A stretch of DNA of 64,000 nt from Acidimicrobiia bacterium (GCA_965203555.1 CBDBCY010000004.1:1-64000); one strand, 5' to 3'. Numbered from the stretch's first letter, positions 29,079 to 39,275 are shown. Program-made: numbers and translations. Notes: a model not told the origin generated them from the letters alone.

Positions 29079-30159
29079 CCGCCAACTCCCGTCCGAGAGC
29101 CTCCACCAGGAGGGTGCACTCCTCGGGCCTGCGAATGGCTATGCGAATATGCTCCGGTAGGCCGAAGGACGTGCAGTCTCTGACCGCAATGCCCCGCCGC
29201 AACAGGGCCATTCGCATTCTGGCGGCGCTGTCCACCTTGGCCAGGATGAAATTGGTGGAAGTGTCGGTTACGGCAATGCCCAAGCCGGCCAGGTTCCGGT
29301 GCAGGTAGGCCTTTGACTCGGAAATGACCTGCTTCGCCTTGGCGAGATGGGCTTCATCTCCCAATGCGGCCAGTCCCGCCGATTGGGCCACGGAGTTCAC
29401 GCTCCAGGCGGGCTGAAGATTCCGCATCCCGCAGATGAGGGTCGGCTCGGCTATCACGTAGCCGAGCCGCACGCCCGCCAAGGCGTGGTCCTTGGTCATG
29501 GAGCGGAGAATGGCGAGGTTGCCTCTCTCCAGCAGAGGTGTGGAGTTCCACGAGTGATCGGCAAGGGAAACGTAGGCGTCATCCAGCAACAGCAAGCCGT
29601 TGCGACCCACACTGGCCAGGATCTGTTCCACGGAACTGCGGGACAGGTATGCGCCGGTGGGATTGTTGGGGTTGCAGAGGAACACCAGGCCGGGTCGGAC
29701 CCGTTGGACGGTTCGGACCGCGTCTTCAACGGACCACTCGAAGCCTCGACCATCCTCAGGCCGGATGCCCGTCGTCCGGGCGCCCGCCAGGGTTGCGGCG
29801 GTCTCATACTCCCCGAAGGTCGGCTCGAAGACCACACATCGATCCCCCGCCCGCAGCCGGGAGCGGGCCAGGAGATGGATGAGTTCGGTCGATCCGTTCC
29901 CGACCAGGATCGTCTCGATCTTCACTTCCAGCCGGGCAGCCAGGGCTTCCCGCAGAACCAGACTGTGCCGGTCGGGATAGGAGGACAGGTCCGCCTCCGC
30001 TACCGCCTCCTGCACGGCGGCCGATGCTCCAAGAGGATTGATGTTGGAACTGAAGTCCAGGACTTCTGCCGCCCGCAGCCCCAGGGAGCGGAGTTCCCCC
30101 GCATCCAGCCCGCCGTGTACCGTGGTCACTTCCGGACGAAGGATTCCGTCAACCTGCAA
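29068..30159 (-). CDS. cobD: L-threonine-O-3-phosphate decarboxylase
   Basis: HGG, DFSSNINPLG, CNPNNPTG, RSMTK..ALAGVRLGY, RDCTSFGL; cob operon context. Confidence 0.88.
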   Translation of the reverse strand: MQVDGILRPEVTTVHGGLDAGELRSLGLRAAEVLDFSSNINPLGASAAVQEAVAEADLSSYPDRHSLVLREALAARLEVKIETILVGNGSTELIHLLARSRLRAGDRCVVFEPTFGEYETAATLAGARTTGIRPEDGRGFEWSVEDAVRTVQRVRPGLVFLCNPNNPTGAYLSRSSVEQILASVGRNGLLLLDDAYVSLADHSWNSTPLLERGNLAILRSMTKDHALAGVRLGYVIAEPTLICGMRNLQPAWSVNSVAQSAGLAALGDEAHLAKAKQVISESKAYLHRNLAGLGIAVTDTSTNFILAKVDSAARMRMALLRRGIAVRDCTSFGLPEHIRIAIRRPEECTLLVEALGRELADDR

Positions 30160-31090
30160 TGACGAAACGCAGGGCCGCGACGGCGAGGGCGGTTAGGAAG
30201 GCCAGTGCCGCAGTGCGCTCTGCAACTTCCACAGCGCGGCCGATGTCCCGGGCGCCGGGGAAGGTGAATTCCTTTCCCAGGCGGTACTGACCCGATTTCT
30301 CCAACCGGACCCCCAACAGGCCGGACATGGCGCTCATGGTCCAACCGGCATTTGGGCTGGGCGTAAGGCCTCGGTCTCTCACCATGATCTGCCACCCCCG
30401 GCCTACCGGCAGCCGAGCCGAGGCGCCGGCGAGCAGAAGCAGGGCGGCGCACAGGCGTGCCGGGACCAGGTTGACGATGTCGTCCAGGCGGGCGGAGGTC
30501 TTGCCGAGGTATTCGTAGGCTCCTCGATAGCCGATCATGCTGTCGAGCGTGTTTACCGCTCTGTAGGCTACCGCTGCGGGTACCCCGAACACCGCCAAGG
30601 CCAGCCAAGGCCCCACGAAACTGTCCGTAGTGTTCTCGGCCACCGACTCTATGGCAGCTGCCGCCACCAGGGGTGGAGTCAGCGAAGCGGCGTCACGGCT
30701 GACCAGATCCCTCAGACTCGCCCTCGCCCGATCAAGGCGATCCGTGGTCAGGGCGATCCGGGTTCGGTCGGCTGCAAACGACAGTCCTGTGACGGCGAAA
30801 GTGGTGCGCATGATCAGTGCCCCTCCCAACACGTAGGCCGGTTCTCCCAGGGAACTCAAGCCGTCCATAACCAACCATGTTGCTGCGCTCGTCGTTCCCA
30901 CCAGGCCCGCCGCCAATCCCCCGCCGAACAGCAGAGCAGGCAGCGGCCTCTTGGGGCTGATGCGCAGCAGCACGGTGATGGCTCGTCCCATCCACGCCAC
31001 CGGGTGGATGCTGTTGGAAGGTTCAGGAAGGAACCTGTCCGCAGAGACGGCCAGCATGAAGATCAAGGCGTTCAGAGCCAGGCTGTTCAC
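30149..31090 (-). CDS. cbiB: Adenosylcobinamide-phosphate synthase
   Basis: HPVAWMG, LVSRD, ESVAENTTD, YRAVNTLDSMIGY, SPNAGW. Confidence 0.95.
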   Translation of the reverse strand: MNSLALNALIFMLAVSADRFLPEPSNSIHPVAWMGRAITVLLRISPKRPLPALLFGGGLAAGLVGTTSAATWLVMDGLSSLGEPAYVLGGALIMRTTFAVTGLSFAADRTRIALTTDRLDRARASLRDLVSRDAASLTPPLVAAAAIESVAENTTDSFVGPWLALAVFGVPAAVAYRAVNTLDSMIGYRGAYEYLGKTSARLDDIVNLVPARLCAALLLLAGASARLPVGRGWQIMVRDRGLTPSPNAGWTMSAMSGLLGVRLEKSGQYRLGKEFTFPGARDIGRAVEVAERTAALAFLTALAVAALRFVIAG

Positions 31091-31337
31091 GGCTTTGAAG
31101 ACACGGTTGTGGCCATGCTAACGGCGGCGATCACCCTCGGTCGCCGGGTGCTGATACCACGGTTCTTTGGCGACGTGGCCAGGTGAAGACAACCCGGCCA
31201 TCTAACCGAGGGGCATACCCGGCGTGGCGCCGGACTTGCGGGAGGGCTGCCCAGGTGTGGTCACCCGCCGCAACGCTCCCGCTGCGCAATGACCGCATGC
31301 GGTGGGCCCGGCCCGACGGGGTCAAAGGGGAGCGTGA

Positions 31338-32231
31338 CTAGACGGACGAGTTTCGCAGGGACAGCAGATGGGGGACGGCGTCCATCAGGCGGTCGTGGTA
31401 TTCGAGCCGTTGCCGCCATCGGGCAGGGATGGCTTCCACCCCCTGCAGAACACCCACCAGGCCTCCTGCTATGGCGCCGGTGGTATCAGAATCCCTCCCG
31501 CGGTTTACCAGGGCCACGATTACGTCCTCGAAGCACTTGTCCTGTTGGATGGCCCACACCGCACAACCCAGGGAATCGATCACGTAGCCGGAGGTACGCA
31601 GCCGGTCCACTGGCAACCGCGGGTCGATGTCCAACGCCCCTCGGACCTTGGGGTGAAGGCTCAATGACCGGGCGGCGGCCACGGCATCCGCCACCCCCGC
31701 TCCTTCGAGCAAAGAGTTGACGATCTCGCCGTATGCCACGCAGCTGTCCGTGCACTGGACATGGGCATGGGTGACCGCCGATATCTCCGCCATTTCCCGG
31801 CGGCGCGTGGTGGCGTCTGCTCGGGCCAGCGCGGTGGGGATGCACCTCATCAACGATCCGTTTCCGCATGAGGACTCCCTGGTGGCGCCACTGGATCGGG
31901 GATCACGGGTCCGCTCCAGGCGGCGGAGGGCCTCGGCGGTGGCGCCGCCGATATCAGGGGGTCCGGTGTGGAACCATTCGAGCATGTTGTCGGCCGCCTT
32001 TTCCAGGGTGAAGGACCCGTCGAGGTAGGCAGCCAGCACCGCCCAGGTGAGATCGGTGTCGTCGGTTCCCTGTCCGGGGCGCCATCGGAAAGCTCCGCCA
32101 CCGGTTATCTCACGGTGAACGCCGTATCTGCGTTCGATCTGAGTGGCAGACATGAATTCCAGGGTCGCCCCGAGCGCGTCACCCGCCGCCACACCCAGCA
32201 AGCCGCCACCGATCCGATCGGCAAGATTCAT
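31338..32231 (-). CDS. ADP-ribosylglycohydrolase family protein
   Basis: GDALG..LEF, GTDDT, GNGSLMR, TH, GRDSDTTGAIAG. Confidence 0.93.
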   Translation of the reverse strand: MNLADRIGGGLLGVAAGDALGATLEFMSATQIERRYGVHREITGGGAFRWRPGQGTDDTDLTWAVLAAYLDGSFTLEKAADNMLEWFHTGPPDIGGATAEALRRLERTRDPRSSGATRESSCGNGSLMRCIPTALARADATTRRREMAEISAVTHAHVQCTDSCVAYGEIVNSLLEGAGVADAVAAARSLSLHPKVRGALDIDPRLPVDRLRTSGYVIDSLGCAVWAIQQDKCFEDVIVALVNRGRDSDTTGAIAGGLVGVLQGVEAIPARWRQRLEYHDRLMDAVPHLLSLRNSSV

Positions 32232-32373
32232 CGAAGTACTCCTTTGCCGGCTGGTTCTTTCAGCCTATCGCCCCTGAAGAAGGGCGGGTGGGCGTTTGGT
32301 CTCTTGAAACGTCCTCCACCTAATGGTGGATTTCTCACGTTCCCGCCGTTAATCTGATCTGGCAGACCCTGTC

Positions 32374-33634
32374 ATGTCAAACCCTGTAACGGAGGCGCTT
32401 TTGGGACCTCTCGACGTCAAGTACGCCCGCGCCCAGTTTCCCGCCTTTGCGGACTCCCGGCTCTCGGGCTGGGGGGCACTTCGAAAACGCGGGCGGTTCC
32501 TATGTGTGTCGCCAAGTGATCGATCGGTTGACCGCCTTCTACCGTCACACCAAGGTTCAGCCCGAATACGGCTTTCCACTCTCGGTCCGCGCCGCCGAAG
32601 CCATGGAAAACTCCTACCGGCGCCTGGCGGCGTGGATGGGCGTGGGAGAGGACGAGATCCACTTCGGACCGTCCACGTCGCAGAACACCTACGTGCTGGC
32701 CAGGGCATTCCGCTCCATGTGGCGGGACGGGGACGAGATCGTGGCGTCCACCCAGGACCATGAGGCCAACGCCGGGGTGTGGAGGCGTCTGGCGCCGACG
32801 GGGATCACGGTCCGGGAGTGGCGAGTTCATCCCGGGAAGGGGACCCTGGACGTTTCGGATCTCGACGGGTTGCTGACCGAACGAACCCGACTGGTTGCTT
32901 TTCCCCACGCTTCCAACATCGTGGCCGCTGTCAACCCTGTAGCGGAGGTTGTGGCCAAGGCTTCGGCGGTGGGCGCCAAGGTGGTGGTGGACGGGGTGTC
33001 CTACGCTCCGCACGGTCTCCCTGACATAGGGGCGCTGGGGGTGGATGTTTATCTTTTTTCCGGCTACAAGACGTGGGGTCCGCACCAGGGGGTGATGTTC
33101 GTCCGCCGGGATCTGGCCGAGCGGCTGGGGAACGAGGGCCACTATTTCGTGGCCGATGATCTCCGGCACAAGCTGGTTCCGGCCGGACCCGACCACGCAC
33201 AGGTGGCGGCGTGCGGTGGAATCGTCGACTACCTGGACGATCTGTATACCCATCACGGAGGGGAGAAGGCGTCTCCGGTGGAGCGAGGCCGCGCTGTTCA
33301 CGATATGTTCCGAGCCCATGAGACGAGGCTTCTGGGGCGACTGCTGGACTACCTGGCCGACCGTGACGACCTGCGGGTGGCGGGGCCGACCGACGCTACC
33401 CGGCGGGCGCCCACCGTCTCCATCCTCCCGCTGAAGCGGCCGGTCACTGCGGTGGCGGAGTCTCTGATCGGCAGCGGCATGATGGTGGGGAACGGGGACT
33501 TCTACGCTCCCCGCCTGCTGGAGGAGATGGGAATCGCCCCCGACCCGGGAGTGCTGAGGATGTCGTTCATCCACTACACCACCGAAGGCGAGATAGGACG
33601 CCTTATCGCCGCCCTGGATCGCGCCCTGGGGTGA
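32374..33634 (+). CDS. Class V aminotransferase / cysteine desulfurase-like; one extra G in G6 run 32471-32476
   Basis: ARAQFPAF (frame A) joins HFENAGGSY, DHEAN, HASNI, DGVSYAPH, SGYK.WGPH (frame B). Confidence 0.88.
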
Positions 33635-33636
33635 GA

Positions 33637-35040
33637 CTAAGGGTCTTCCCAGAGTTCTCCGGTGGCGCCGAAGAAGGCGAACCATGCGAACCAGAAATCG
33701 TTGCGGTGCGGGGCGAATTCCAGTTGGGCGCCGTTCAACGGACCGTCGACGGCCTGTCCCAGCAGGTTCCAGGTGCTGTTGGTCTGATCGTCGGTGAAGA
33801 GGTCCTCTCCGGAAGCGGTGAAGGTAAGAGTTGTATCGCTGGTCAATGCTATGAAGGCGACCCCGGTCCCGATGGCCCGGCTGTCGGGCATCACCGACCT
33901 GTCCAGGGCATCCGCGGTGTGGGCCGCTCCCCACATCACCACGATCGGCACTTCATCCACCGTGTCGTTGATAACTCGGACCGCTTCCAACCCCTCGAAG
34001 GGATAAGCCTTGGCCTCGTTGTTGATGTTCACGCCCACCACTCGCGACAGGGCCGGAAGCCGGTCGTCCAATTCGCCGCTGTACAGGAAAGGCCGAGTGG
34101 AGGAGGAGTATCCCACATAGGGATTGGTTCCATAGGAGATCCCGAAAGCCTGGTCCGGGCCGAGTACGCAGCCGTGGGGATGAGAGTCTGCGAACTCTGA
34201 GAACGCCACGATCGCTGACGGAACATACGCCAAGGGCGACTCGCCGGCGTAGGCGCCCACCACCGGTTCCCCAGTGATCTGCTGCCACAGCGAGGTGGTT
34301 TCCAGGTCCCACATCACCAGGTCGGAGTTGCGCAGCAGCCCCGAGACGCCGAAGCGCAGATAGGTCCCGTTCACCACCGGGTCGAAGGCAACCGCGGTAT
34401 TGCACAGTGGGCAGTAAGTGACGGCCACCGGACGGTCGCCGAAGCGGTCGTTGACGATCTCGTGCCGGGTAAGCACCCGCAGGGGATAGAACCGGGCATG
34501 GCCGCCGATCCTGACCAGCATCCCCGGGTCTCGGTCCGAAAGCCATTCCTGCGCCTCGCCGACCTCGACAAAGACGGGCCGGTCGATGGGCGGGATCAGG
34601 TCGCGGGGATCGCGGGCGGGGATTCCCAGGCCCAGTTCCTGGAGGTCGATGGTGGTTCGGGACCAGTCGGTGGGCCAGGGCGCTGCGGCGTTTTCCAGAT
34701 GAGAAGGGGGAGGATGGGGATTGTTCTGTGACACGGGACGGACAATTGTTGGTATGTCGGGCGGTGGAGGACACCCTTCGGCGAGATCTGTCTGCGGCGC
34801 CGGTGCGGAGACGGTGGTGGAAGGCGCCGGTGCGGGGAGGGTGGTGGAAGTTGCGGGACCCGGGAAGTCGGTAGGGTCATCGGTGGGGGTGGCTTCGAAG
34901 GTGGTGGTGGAAGGAGCTTCGGTCGCCGAACTGGGGACGGTTGAACCGGACGGGGAATCATCCCCACCACAGGCGGTGGCAAGCATCACGAGCGCCAAGC
35001 TTATGGCGCCGCCCCTCAGCCACGGGGGACTGCTGGACAT
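33637..35040 (-). CDS. DUF3179 lipoprotein
   Basis: Lipobox LATAC; IPPIDRP, HEIVND, TYCPLC, FGVSGLLRNSDL.M.D.ET.SLWQQ, FWFAW; TAGACT-7nt-ATG. Confidence 0.9.
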   Translation of the reverse strand: MSSSPPWLRGGAISLALVMLATACGGDDSPSGSTVPSSATEAPSTTTFEATPTDDPTDFPGPATSTTLPAPAPSTTVSAPAPQTDLAEGCPPPPDIPTIVRPVSQNNPHPPPSHLENAAAPWPTDWSRTTIDLQELGLGIPARDPRDLIPPIDRPVFVEVGEAQEWLSDRDPGMLVRIGGHARFYPLRVLTRHEIVNDRFGDRPVAVTYCPLCNTAVAFDPVVNGTYLRFGVSGLLRNSDLVMWDLETTSLWQQITGEPVVGAYAGESPLAYVPSAIVAFSEFADSHPHGCVLGPDQAFGISYGTNPYVGYSSSTRPFLYSGELDDRLPALSRVVGVNINNEAKAYPFEGLEAVRVINDTVDEVPIVVMWGAAHTADALDRSVMPDSRAIGTGVAFIALTSDTTLTFTASGEDLFTDDQTNSTWNLLGQAVDGPLNGAQLEFAPHRNDFWFAWFAFFGATGELWEDP

Positions 35041-35079
35041 GAAACCGAGTCTAACCAGGGCTCTACTATGATTGAGTCT

Positions 35080-35451
35080 ATGGGGGGCGACTACGACCGC
35101 TCAACGGCGACGGGTTCTGCACTAAAGAGCAGGGTTGATATTGAGGCTTGCCGCAGAGAGTTCCGAAGACTGTTTGACATATGGGACGAAGAAACCGAAT
35201 TTTTTTCTTCCCCTCATCAGATGTACGGTCACTGGGCTTACCGGCAAATCATTGAACTCGGAGAGCCGGCTATTCCCTACATGCTAGGCGAAATGCAAAG
35301 AGGGCTTCAGCCGCTCGGTTTCGCCTTGCGAGCTGTTTCGGGGGAGACCCCTATTCGGGATTCAGGGGCAACCACGGCAGAGAAGGCCGCTGCGTGGATA
35401 GCATGGGGAAAAGAGAAAGGGCATGACCCTACCCTTCGCGTGACCCGATAA
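35080..35451 (+). CDS. Conserved hypothetical small protein (helical), partner of the downstream gene
   Basis: F..L...W..ET..FSS...H.AY.QII.LG..AIP.L.E.....AL..V.GE.P....AW..WG; TATGAT-7nt-ATG. Confidence 0.7.
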   Translation: MGGDYDRSTATGSALKSRVDIEACRREFRRLFDIWDEETEFFSSPHQMYGHWAYRQIIELGEPAIPYMLGEMQRGLQPLGFALRAVSGETPIRDSGATTAEKAAAWIAWGKEKGHDPTLRVTR

Positions 35452-35898
35452 TCGAGTCTCTCTTCCCCGATCTCGCCACAGAGGATTCGTGGTATGAAGT
35501 AGCGAGTCCTCGTGACGCAGAGTACAACTGTCACGCCTTCGCGATGGGAGACACAACAAGACGGTGGGCGCCGATTGGGGCATCGGGGGAGGAAGGGGAA
35601 GACTTCTTTTGGCCCCTGCCGATCCTCGAGAACCAGGCTGATAACTTCTTCGCCCTGTTTGAATCGGTCGGCTATGAACAGTGCGAGCATGGTGAACCGG
35701 AAGAAGGTTTCGACAAGTTGGCCTTGTTCTTTGACGATTGGGGCCGCGTGACGCATACCGCGTTCCAGCGGGACGGAGAGAGCCACTGGGCAAGCAAACT
35801 AGGCCGATCATTTTGACATCAGACACGACCGGGTTGATGCGGTGGGTGGCCATCTGTACGGCTGGCCGGAGGCTTACTTCAGTCGCCCCGTCTTTTAG
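35423..35898 (+). CDS. DUF7689-like Cys/His protein with two +1 frameshifts (~35433, ~35806)
   Basis: Reconstructed ..IESLFP.L..YEVASP..EYNCHAFAMG..W.P..W...F..VGY..C...E.GFDKLALF...THTA.Q....WASKLG.DHFDIRH...YG. Confidence 0.65.
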
Positions 35899-36147
35899 AA
35901 CCGACATGCCTGTTGGCGATCACTGAAAGTTCCGACCTCCTGGGGCGAATACCCGTGGTTGGGTGGGGCTCTCTCCGAGCTGAGGGATTGTCACATTCCC
36001 AACCGTGGAGAGGAGCCCTACCCCTTATGTTGGTTGTGAGAATAGGGGGGAGAACGTGGAAGCCCACGCTTTGAAGAAGCGGGGCCGAGGCCGCCCGGCG
36101 ACTTATAGTTACCTCCCAATGGGAAAGGCTTCCCCGAGGATCGCAGC

Positions 36148-37506
36148 ATGAACAGCCGCCCGTCGCTTTCGGCCGACGCGCCAACCGAACAGGCCGCTTG
36201 TACGGTGTCGGAACTGGTCAAGTGGATACAGGAGGCCTTGGCGAGGGCTCTTCCGGCGAGAGTGTGGGTGACGGGAGAGGTTGCCAACCTGACCAGATCC
36301 AACGCCGGGCACATTTACCTGGATCTGGTCGAACGAGGACCGGAGGGTACCGGGGATGACCAGGTCCTGCTCCACGCGGTGATATGGGAGAGTCGCAAGC
36401 TCGCCATCAACCAGGCCCTGCGGGAGGCGAATTGGGGCCGGGTATCGGATGGAGACGAGATAAAGGTCAGGGTGGGGGTGGAGTTCTACCCGCCGCAGGG
36501 AAAGGTCACTCTGCAGGTCTATGAGGTCGATCCCCATTACACCCTGGGCAGATGGAAGCAGGAGCGAGAAAAGGTGGTGGCGGTGTTGCGGGAGGAGGGA
36601 GTCCTGGAAAGGAATAAACAACTCCACCTACCCGTCGCTCCTTACCGGGTAGGCCTTATCACCAGCGCAAAGAGCAACGCCCATGCGGACTTCATGACCA
36701 CCCTGTCGGACAGCGGATTGGGATGGCAGGTGGATTTTCATCACTCCGGCGTGCAGGGCGACGCCGCCCGCGCAGCTTTGACCGGGGCGGTCAGGCGGCT
36801 TTCCGAAATCGGTCCGGATGTCATCTGTATCGTCCGGGGAGGCGGCGCCACCACCGATCTGGCGGTGTTCGACCATGTGGAGGTGGCGCGGTCAATCGCA
36901 CATTGCCCGGTGCCGGTGATCACCGGCATAGGCCACGAGTTGGATCGCACGGTCACGGACCTGGTCGCTCATCGCTCCGAGCGAACCCCCACCGCCTGCG
37001 CCGGGTGGCTGGTGGGGCGGGTGAGAGGATTCGCCGACCGGGTGTACGGCTCGGGGAGGGAGATAGCGGAAGCTGCCGATGGGTTGGTGAGACGGCATCG
37101 TCGACGCCTGGACGGCTCGCCTGCCGAGGTGGCCGGCGCCGTGGACAGGGCCCTTTCCCGGCGCCGTCAACAGTTGGACAAATCGGTCCCGTTGTTGCCC
37201 GCCTGCGTGCGGCCCCATCTGCGTGCCGCCGAGGCGGTGATTGCTGCTCGCCGCGTTGCCCTGGTCAGGGATTCGGGACAGAGTCTCAGCCGGGAGCGAT
37301 CCCGGCTCGGCAATGCACAGCAGGTGGTGGAGGCTTATGATCCGCGGCTCAATCTGGTCCGAGGTTGGTCGATCACCCGTCATCGGGGTGGGGGAGTTAT
37401 CAGTTCCATATCACAGATCGGTTCGTCGGAGACGATCGAGACGTGGCTTTCTGACGGTACGGTGGTGAGCACGGTGTCCGAGACCCTACCTGACCGTGCA
37501 CCGTGA
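36148..37506 (+). CDS. xseA: Exodeoxyribonuclease VII large subunit
   Basis: TVSEL, VWVTGEV, GHIY.DL, GLITS, VQG, RGGG..DL..FD, TGIGHE.D, TPTA, RGWSI. Confidence 0.95.
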   Translation: MNSRPSLSADAPTEQAACTVSELVKWIQEALARALPARVWVTGEVANLTRSNAGHIYLDLVERGPEGTGDDQVLLHAVIWESRKLAINQALREANWGRVSDGDEIKVRVGVEFYPPQGKVTLQVYEVDPHYTLGRWKQEREKVVAVLREEGVLERNKQLHLPVAPYRVGLITSAKSNAHADFMTTLSDSGLGWQVDFHHSGVQGDAARAALTGAVRRLSEIGPDVICIVRGGGATTDLAVFDHVEVARSIAHCPVPVITGIGHELDRTVTDLVAHRSERTPTACAGWLVGRVRGFADRVYGSGREIAEAADGLVRRHRRRLDGSPAEVAGAVDRALSRRRQQLDKSVPLLPACVRPHLRAAEAVIAARRVALVRDSGQSLSRERSRLGNAQQVVEAYDPRLNLVRGWSITRHRGGGVISSISQIGSSETIETWLSDGTVVSTVSETLPDRAP

Positions 37507-37529
37507 ACGTCCCAGGAGGTAACGAGACT

Positions 37530-37766
37530 ATGAGCCGATCCGCCGCCGCTTCGGACTTGCCGGACAGCTATGCCGCCGGTCTGGCGGAACTGGAAGAGAT
37601 CCTCGATTATCTACGGGGAAGGGACGTGGACCTGGAGGCGTTGGCGGAGAAGGTGGAACGGGCAGGGCAACTCATCCGGTTCTGCCGGCAGAGGTTGGAC
37701 GACATCTCCCTGCGGGTCAACGACGTGCTGGACTCGGTGAAAGCGGCGCTGGACGAGGACCGATAA
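37530..37766 (+). CDS. xseB: Exodeoxyribonuclease VII small subunit
   Basis: SY..GL.ELEEIL..L....DLE.L...VER..QL..FCR.RL; AGGAGG upstream. Confidence 0.9.
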   Translation: MSRSAAASDLPDSYAAGLAELEEILDYLRGRDVDLEALAEKVERAGQLIRFCRQRLDDISLRVNDVLDSVKAALDEDR

Positions 37767-37823
37767 CCGGCCCCTGGCGGCCTTGTCTGTCCGGAGCAGG
37801 ACGTGTGCGGGGTTTGGCGTCCT

Positions 37824-38678
37824 CTATCCCTGCGAGAAGTCGGGAGGCGCCATGGTGCCCGGCAGGGCGTTTCGGTAGTCGGCAAACAGGGTCTGCACCG
37901 ATCGGCCGATTCCCCCTTTTGCGTCGAAGAGCTGGGAATGGGCCACCCCTCGTCCCAGGTCGGCGAACCAGGACACAGAACGCAGCCCCACCCACTCTCC
38001 GGCCGGCATACGCAGCAACTGGACGGTGAGATCGGCGTTCATGAACACCCAGGAGGTGGGCAGCACCGAACTCACGCCGTTTCCGTGGTCCGCGGATATG
38101 ACAGCTCTTTGGAGAGGGGTCAACGCTTCTCCGGCAACCAGGGGAGTGAGGATCCGCAACCACACCGCCCCCGGGCCCGGCTGGTCGAACGTTCCCTCCG
38201 CCTGGCGCATCTCCACTCCGTGGCGGTGGAAATACGGGCGACCGCTCACCCCGACTCCCACCCGTTCCCTGTCGACCGGCTCAGCCTCAGCTACCGGTAG
38301 AGGTAGAAGCGACGGATCAGGACGTGCTGTCCGGGGAATGGGGCGGTCGGCGACGCGCAGGCGCATGGCGGTGGCTTGGGCGAGTTCGGTGTCCCCCGCC
38401 GACAGGAAGGCGCGTACCAACTGTATGCGCTTTCCCTCCCTGAGGACGGAGGTGGTTACCCGCAGGGGAACCGTGGGCACCACCCGGAAGATGTCCACTG
38501 TCAGCCTGGCCACTTCCATGGGAGTCAGTGTTGGGACCGACTCCAGGGCCCTGGCCATGAGGCCGGCAACCAGCCCGCCATGCTGTCCGTCCTCGTACCA
38601 ACCGGATTGGGAAAGCGGGGTGGATTCCACCACTTGCGGATCGCCTGTGGGCAGATAGGGGGCCGGAGGAATCTCCAT
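37824..38678 (-). CDS. Double-hotdog acyl-CoA thioesterase-like protein
   Basis: W..GQHGG, RLTVD..R.VP, AD.GNG.S, F.NADLTV.L.R.P.GEW. Confidence 0.85.
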   Translation of the reverse strand: MEIPPAPYLPTGDPQVVESTPLSQSGWYEDGQHGGLVAGLMARALESVPTLTPMEVARLTVDIFRVVPTVPLRVTTSVLREGKRIQLVRAFLSAGDTELAQATAMRLRVADRPIPRTARPDPSLLPLPVAEAEPVDRERVGVGVSGRPYFHRHGVEMRQAEGTFDQPGPGAVWLRILTPLVAGEALTPLQRAVISADHGNGVSSVLPTSWVFMNADLTVQLLRMPAGEWVGLRSVSWFADLGRGVAHSQLFDAKGGIGRSVQTLFADYRNALPGTMAPPDFSQG

Positions 38679-38720
38679 CAGATCGGAGAGAATATCACCT
38701 TCCGAGTAGGGTTAAAACCG

Positions 38721-39209
38721 ATGGCGAAAAACAAGGTGTGGAGAGCGGCGGTGATCACCATGAGCGACGGCGTGATCGCCGGAACCCGTCAGGACCGTTC
38801 CGGGGATGTCCTTTCGGATTTGTTGACCGGGGCCGGCTACCGACTGGTGTTCCGCACCGCCGTGGAGGACACCGAGTCCATCATCGTCGAGACCCTGCTG
38901 GAAGCGTGCGCCCGGGCGGATCTGGTGGTCACCACCGGCGGCACCGGCCTGGGTCCTCGGGACGTTACGCCCGAGGCCACCCGCCGGGTGATCGACCGGG
39001 AGGCTCCCGGGCTGGCCCACACGATGATGGCCGCCGGTTTGGCCATAACTCCCATGGCGGGGCTGTCGCGGGCAGTGGTGGGGGCTCGGGGAACGACCCT
39101 GATCATCAATCTCCCCGGCAGTCCGAAGGGGGTGGTGGAGAACCTGGAGTCGGTGCTGGGACTCCTGCCCCACGCTCTCGATCTGCTGGCCGGAGACACC
39201 GCTCACTGA
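38721..39209 (+). CDS. moaB: Molybdopterin adenylyltransferase MoaB/Mog family
   Basis: [37 protein letters not shown]. Confidence 0.9.
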   Translation: MAKNKVWRAAVITMSDGVIAGTRQDRSGDVLSDLLTGAGYRLVFRTAVEDTESIIVETLLEACARADLVVTTGGTGLGPRDVTPEATRRVIDREAPGLAHTMMAAGLAITPMAGLSRAVVGARGTTLIINLPGSPKGVVENLESVLGLLPHALDLLAGDTAH

Positions 39210-39246
39210 GAAGCGAGGGGTCTCCCACCCCGGCAATACCAAGAGT

Positions 39247-39268
39247 TGTCACACCCGCCTTCCATACT
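39247..39268 (+). promoter_or_regulatory. PafBC/RecA-NDp-like leaderless promoter of rmuC
   Basis: TGTCAC-ACCCGCCTTC-CATACT-7nt-ATG(39276). Confidence 0.75.
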
Positions 39269-39275
39269 GGTGGGC

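Noticed and set aside
31091-31337. Cobalamin riboswitch upstream of cbiB
   Set aside because: Core elements (GGGAA, GCCCCCGCAACTGT, GCCACTG, B12 box) could not be found on the minus strand.
35989-36010. Sixth PafBC-like promoter (TGTCAC at ~35989) for xseA
   Set aside because: No -10 hexamer at the 10-nt spacing (GTGGAG).
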